Assembly: GCA_043390165.1 (NCBI GenBank)
Contig: DAWERM010000001.1
Location: 50,777 to 114,776, forward strand
Origin: Candidatus Azoamicus viridis
GTDB taxonomy: Bacteria > Pseudomonadota > Gammaproteobacteria > UBA6186 > Azoamicaceae
DNA: 64,000 bases
Direction: 5' to 3'
Below are positions 60,321 through 64,000 of the stretch, piece by piece. The position numbers were made by a program, and so were the translations under genes. How positions within the stretch are numbered: position 1 is the first letter of the stretch; each line of letters begins with the position of its first letter. The notes below the pieces were generated by a model. That model saw only the letters and a program-made list of their open reading frames with translations, was not told the origin of the DNA and ran no database searches.

Positions 60321-62408
60321 ATGTCCAGAGAGATTGAACTTATAAGGTATAGGAATATTGGGATAACAGCGCATATAGATGCAGGGAAAACAACAACAAC
60401 AGAGAGAATTTTGTTTTACACAGGAGTTTCTCATAAGATAGGTGAGGTTCATGATGGTTCGGCTGTTATGGATTGGATGGAGCAAGAGCAAGAGAGAGGC
60501 ATAACAATAACGTCTGCTGCAACTACATGTTATTGGCATGGCAGTTCTAAACAGTTTTCTAAGCATAGAATTAATATAATAGATACTCCTGGTCATGTGG
60601 ATTTTACAATTGAGGTTGAACGTTCTTTAAGAGTTTTAGATGGGGCAGTTGGCGTTTTTTGTGCTGTAGGTGGGGTTGAGCCTCAATCAGAAACTGTTTG
60701 GAGACAAGCTAACAAGTATAAAGTTCCTAGAGTTGCTTTTGTTAATAAAATGGATAGACCTGGAGCTGATTTTTTTAGTGTTTTGAAACAAATGAAAGAA
60801 AAGTTAAATTCAGTTGCTGTTCCTATACAAATTCCTTATTTTAAGGATGATAATTTTTTAGGAATAATTGATTTGATTGAAATGAAATTGATTATTTGGG
60901 ATGAAGAAGATTATGGAACTAAATTTAATTTTTTTCCAATTCCTGAAGATAGAATGGATTTGGTTAGTAAATATAGAGAGCTTATTTTAGAAGTTGTTGC
61001 TGAAACCTCAGAGTCTCTTATGAGTAGGTTTTTAAATAATGAAGCTTTTACAATTGATGAAATATATAGTGGATTGAGGATAAAGGTTATAAACAATGAT
61101 ATTGTAGTTGTTACTTGTGGATCTGCTTTTAAAAATAAAGGAGTTCAAATTCTATTAGATTCTATTATTAGATATTTGCCATCGCCTGTAGATTTGGTAT
61201 CGATAAAAGGTATTTCTAATAATACGGATGTTACTGTAGATATTTCTGATAAAAGTATTTTTGTTGCATTAGCTTTTAAGATAGCCACTGATCCATTTGT
61301 TGGTACTTTAACTTATATAAGAGTTTATTCTGGATTTATAAATGCTGGAGATTTTGTCTATAATAGTAGTAAAAGTAAAAAAGAAAGATTTGGAAGAATT
61401 TTATTAATGCATGCAAATACCAGAGAAGAAATAAAGTCAATTAGATCAGGTGATATTGCTGCAGTTATCGGGTTGAAATATACGTCTACGGGAGATACTT
61501 TTTGTACTTTAGATAACAGTATCGTTTTAGAAAAAATGACATTTCCTGAGCCTGTTATATCTATTTCTGTTGAACCTAAAACAAAAAATGATCAAGAAAA
61601 GATGGGTGTTGCGTTAAGAAAACTTATGCAAGAAGATCCTTCTTTTAGAGTGTCTGTTGATGTTGAATCTTCTCAGACAATAGTCTCTGGAATGGGCGAG
61701 TTGCATTTGGAAATAATAATTGATAGGCTAAAGAGAGAATTTAGCGTGGAGTCTAATACAGGAAGACCTCAAGTAGCTTATAGGGAAACTGTAACTAAGG
61801 TTGTTGAGCAAGAGGGTAAATACATTCGCCAATCTGGTGGAAGAGGACAGTATGGACATGTCGTTATGAGAATTGAGCCTTTAAAACCTGGATCTGGCTT
61901 TAAATTTGAGAGTGCAATAGTTGGTGGAGTTATACCTAAAGAGTATATACCAGCTGTAAGAAAGGGAGTATTTGAACAAATTCAAAATGGAGTTTTAGCT
62001 GGATATCCCATGGTTGATGTTATGGTAACTTTATTAGATGGGTCTTTCCATGAAGTTGATTCTAGTGAAATGGCATTTAAGAATGCTGCTTCAAGAGGAT
62101 TTAAAGAAGGAGCGTTAAAAGCTAATGTAATTTTATTGGAACCAATTATGAATGTTGATGTTATAGTTCCTGATGATTATATAGGTAGTGTTATAGGTGA
62201 TTTAAATAAAAGAAGAGGTGTAATACATGGAGTTGAAGATGTAGCTGCGGCTAAGAATATTAAAGCAAATGTTCCTCTTTCTGAAATGTTTGGGTATGCT
62301 ACTGTTTTACGGTCTATAACTCAAGGTAGAGCTGTATATAATATGGAATTCGTTAAGTATTTACCTGTACCAGAAAGTGTATCTAAAGATGTTGTTAAGA
62401 AAAGATAG
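60321..62408 (+). CDS. fusA: Elongation factor G
   Basis: [44 protein letters not shown]. Confidence 0.98.
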   Translation: MSREIELIRYRNIGITAHIDAGKTTTTERILFYTGVSHKIGEVHDGSAVMDWMEQEQERGITITSAATTCYWHGSSKQFSKHRINIIDTPGHVDFTIEVERSLRVLDGAVGVFCAVGGVEPQSETVWRQANKYKVPRVAFVNKMDRPGADFFSVLKQMKEKLNSVAVPIQIPYFKDDNFLGIIDLIEMKLIIWDEEDYGTKFNFFPIPEDRMDLVSKYRELILEVVAETSESLMSRFLNNEAFTIDEIYSGLRIKVINNDIVVVTCGSAFKNKGVQILLDSIIRYLPSPVDLVSIKGISNNTDVTVDISDKSIFVALAFKIATDPFVGTLTYIRVYSGFINAGDFVYNSSKSKKERFGRILLMHANTREEIKSIRSGDIAAVIGLKYTSTGDTFCTLDNSIVLEKMTFPEPVISISVEPKTKNDQEKMGVALRKLMQEDPSFRVSVDVESSQTIVSGMGELHLEIIIDRLKREFSVESNTGRPQVAYRETVTKVVEQEGKYIRQSGGRGQYGHVVMRIEPLKPGSGFKFESAIVGGVIPKEYIPAVRKGVFEQIQNGVLAGYPMVDVMVTLLDGSFHEVDSSEMAFKNAASRGFKEGALKANVILLEPIMNVDVIVPDDYIGSVIGDLNKRRGVIHGVEDVAAAKNIKANVPLSEMFGYATVLRSITQGRAVYNMEFVKYLPVPESVSKDVVKKR

Positions 62409-62493
62409 TTATAAATGTTTTATTGTTTATAAAATTAATTAAATATAAATTTTATAGTTTATAGTATTATACTTTTGTATATATAAGGTGTGA

Positions 62494-62811
62494 ATGTCAA
62501 ATCGTAATCAAATTATAAGAATAAAATTAAAATCATATGATCATAAGGTCATAGATCAATCTACTAGGGAAATTGTTGATACGGCTAAAAGGACAGGAGC
62601 AAGAATAAATGGTCCAATACCGCTTCCTACTCATATAGAGCGTTTTACAATTTTGACTTCTCCTCATGTAGATAAAAATGCGAGAGATCAGTATGAAATT
62701 AGAACATACAAACGGTTGATCGTTATTGTTGAACCAACAGATAAGACTGTTAATGCATTGATGAAATTGGATTTATCTGCAGGTGTTGATATTAAAATTT
62801 CAGTTACGTAG
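62494..62811 (+). CDS. rpsJ: 30S ribosomal protein S10
   Basis: [31 protein letters not shown]. Confidence 0.98.
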   Translation: MSNRNQIIRIKLKSYDHKVIDQSTREIVDTAKRTGARINGPIPLPTHIERFTILTSPHVDKNARDQYEIRTYKRLIVIVEPTDKTVNALMKLDLSAGVDIKISVT

Positions 62812-62820
62812 AGGGTTTTT

Positions 62821-63456
62821 ATGGCTATAGGTTTGATTGGTTATAAATGTGGAATGACAAGGTTTTTTGATAATAATGGACTTTCTATTCCTGTAACAGT
62901 AGTTAAAATTTATTATAATTATATTATCGGGTTAAAATCTGTTATTAATGATGGTTATTCTGCTGTTCAAGTTTCTACTGGATATTTAAGTAAAAATAAA
63001 ATGTCAAGATCAGTGCTAGGAATTTATAAAAAAACAGGAGTTAGTGATTTAAAAGATATTTCTGAATTTCGTGTTGATAATATTGAGATGAATAAATATA
63101 ATTTAGGGGATGTTGTTAATATTTCGTTATTAGATTTAGCTAGATTTGTGGACATTATTGGTATTTCTAAAGGTAAAGGTTTTTCTGGAGTAATTAAAAG
63201 ACATAATTTTAGTGCACAGTATGCCACTCATGGTAATTCTCTTTCTCATAGAGCTCCTGGATCAATAGGACAATGTCAAACTCCTGGTAGGGTTTTTAAA
63301 GGTAAAAAAATGCCAGGACATATGGGCAATGTTAGAGTTACGATAAAAAATTTAGAGATAGCTAAGATTTACAAGGAAGATAATGTTGTTTTATTTAAAG
63401 GTGCGGTGCCAGGAGCTATTGGGTGCAAAGTTCTTGTAAAGAATATTGTTAATTAG
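62821..63456 (+). CDS. rplC: 50S ribosomal protein L3
   Basis: G.K.GMT, DGY.AVQ, SKGKGF.G..KRH, HRAPGSIG, KGKKMPGHMG. Confidence 0.97.
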   Translation: MAIGLIGYKCGMTRFFDNNGLSIPVTVVKIYYNYIIGLKSVINDGYSAVQVSTGYLSKNKMSRSVLGIYKKTGVSDLKDISEFRVDNIEMNKYNLGDVVNISLLDLARFVDIIGISKGKGFSGVIKRHNFSAQYATHGNSLSHRAPGSIGQCQTPGRVFKGKKMPGHMGNVRVTIKNLEIAKIYKEDNVVLFKGAVPGAIGCKVLVKNIVN

Positions 63457-63483
63457 TATTTAATTTGTATTTAGGAAGTATAT

Positions 63484-64000
63484 ATGGAGTTTTTTATAAA
63501 GAGAAATGATGATGTGAAGGAAATTATTTCTTTTTCCTCTGGTGTTTTTGATGTAGAATATAATGAGAGCCTTTTGCATCAGATGGTTTTATTTTATTCA
63601 TATAATTCTCATTTAAAGACTAAGTCACAAAAGACTAGATCTGAAGTTAGCGGTGGTGGTTGTAAGCCTTGGCGTCAGAAAGGTACTGGAAGAGCTAGAG
63701 CTGGAAGTATAAGAAGTCCTTTATGGAGAGGCGGTGGAAAAATATTTGCTGCTAGAGGTCTTATAGAGAAGAGAAAAAAGATAAATAAGAAGATGTACAG
63801 ATTAGGCATGAGGGTTATATTTTCAGAGCTTATTCGTCAGAATAGAGTTAGTATTATAGAAGATTTAAGTGTAAGTGGTTTAAAAACTAAGGATTTTTTA
63901 GGTGAAATACAATTTTTAAGTATTTCTAATAGTGCTCTTTTTGTAGTTGATAATTTGTCGAAAAATTTATATTTTTCTACTCGCAATTTAAAGAATATAT
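63484..64000 (+). CDS. rplD: 50S ribosomal protein L4 (runs off window end)
   Basis: Not in the ORF track. Manual translation from ATG 63484 gives KTRSEVSGGGCKPWRQKGTGRARAGSIRSPLWRGGG. Confidence 0.95.
   Translation, partial: MEFFIKRNDDVKEIISFSSGVFDVEYNESLLHQMVLFYSYNSHLKTKSQKTRSEVSGGGCKPWRQKGTGRARAGSIRSPLWRGGGKIFAARGLIEKRKKINKKMYRLGMRVIFSELIRQNRVSIIEDLSVSGLKTKDFLGEIQFLSISNSALFVVDNLSKNLYFSTRNLKNI

Overview
This is a 64 kb segment of a very AT-rich, gene-dense, strongly reduced gammaproteobacterial genome. It has collapsed operons, truncated proteins, no mobile elements and no transcription regulators. Despite this reduction it keeps an intact ~14 kb anaerobic respiration module: narK2-narGHJI-narK1 followed by the Mo-bisPGD genes moaA, moaC-moaB fusion, moeA, moaD, moaE and mobA. 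A diheme cytochrome c4, an OprO/P-type porin, the ATP synthase epsilon gene and a K+-independent H+-pyrophosphatase lie nearby. This combination fits a nitrate-respiring, energy-supplying endosymbiont of the kind described for Ca. Azoamicus ciliaticola and its relatives; that assignment is inferred, not proven here. The rest is housekeeping: translation, tRNA modification, Sec/SRP/BAM, GroESL, accBC, dnaX and the start of the str/S10 operons. Four tRNAs (Ser-CGA, Leu-CAA, Arg-CCG, fMet), SRP RNA and RNase P RNA were read directly from the sequence. Notable oddities are an RNase P RNA overlapping the end of secF, BamB/BamD without lipobox cysteines, a 10-bp-period repeat where hfq-hflX normally sits, tRNAs without encoded CCA, and a window-wide G+T strand skew that shapes protein composition.
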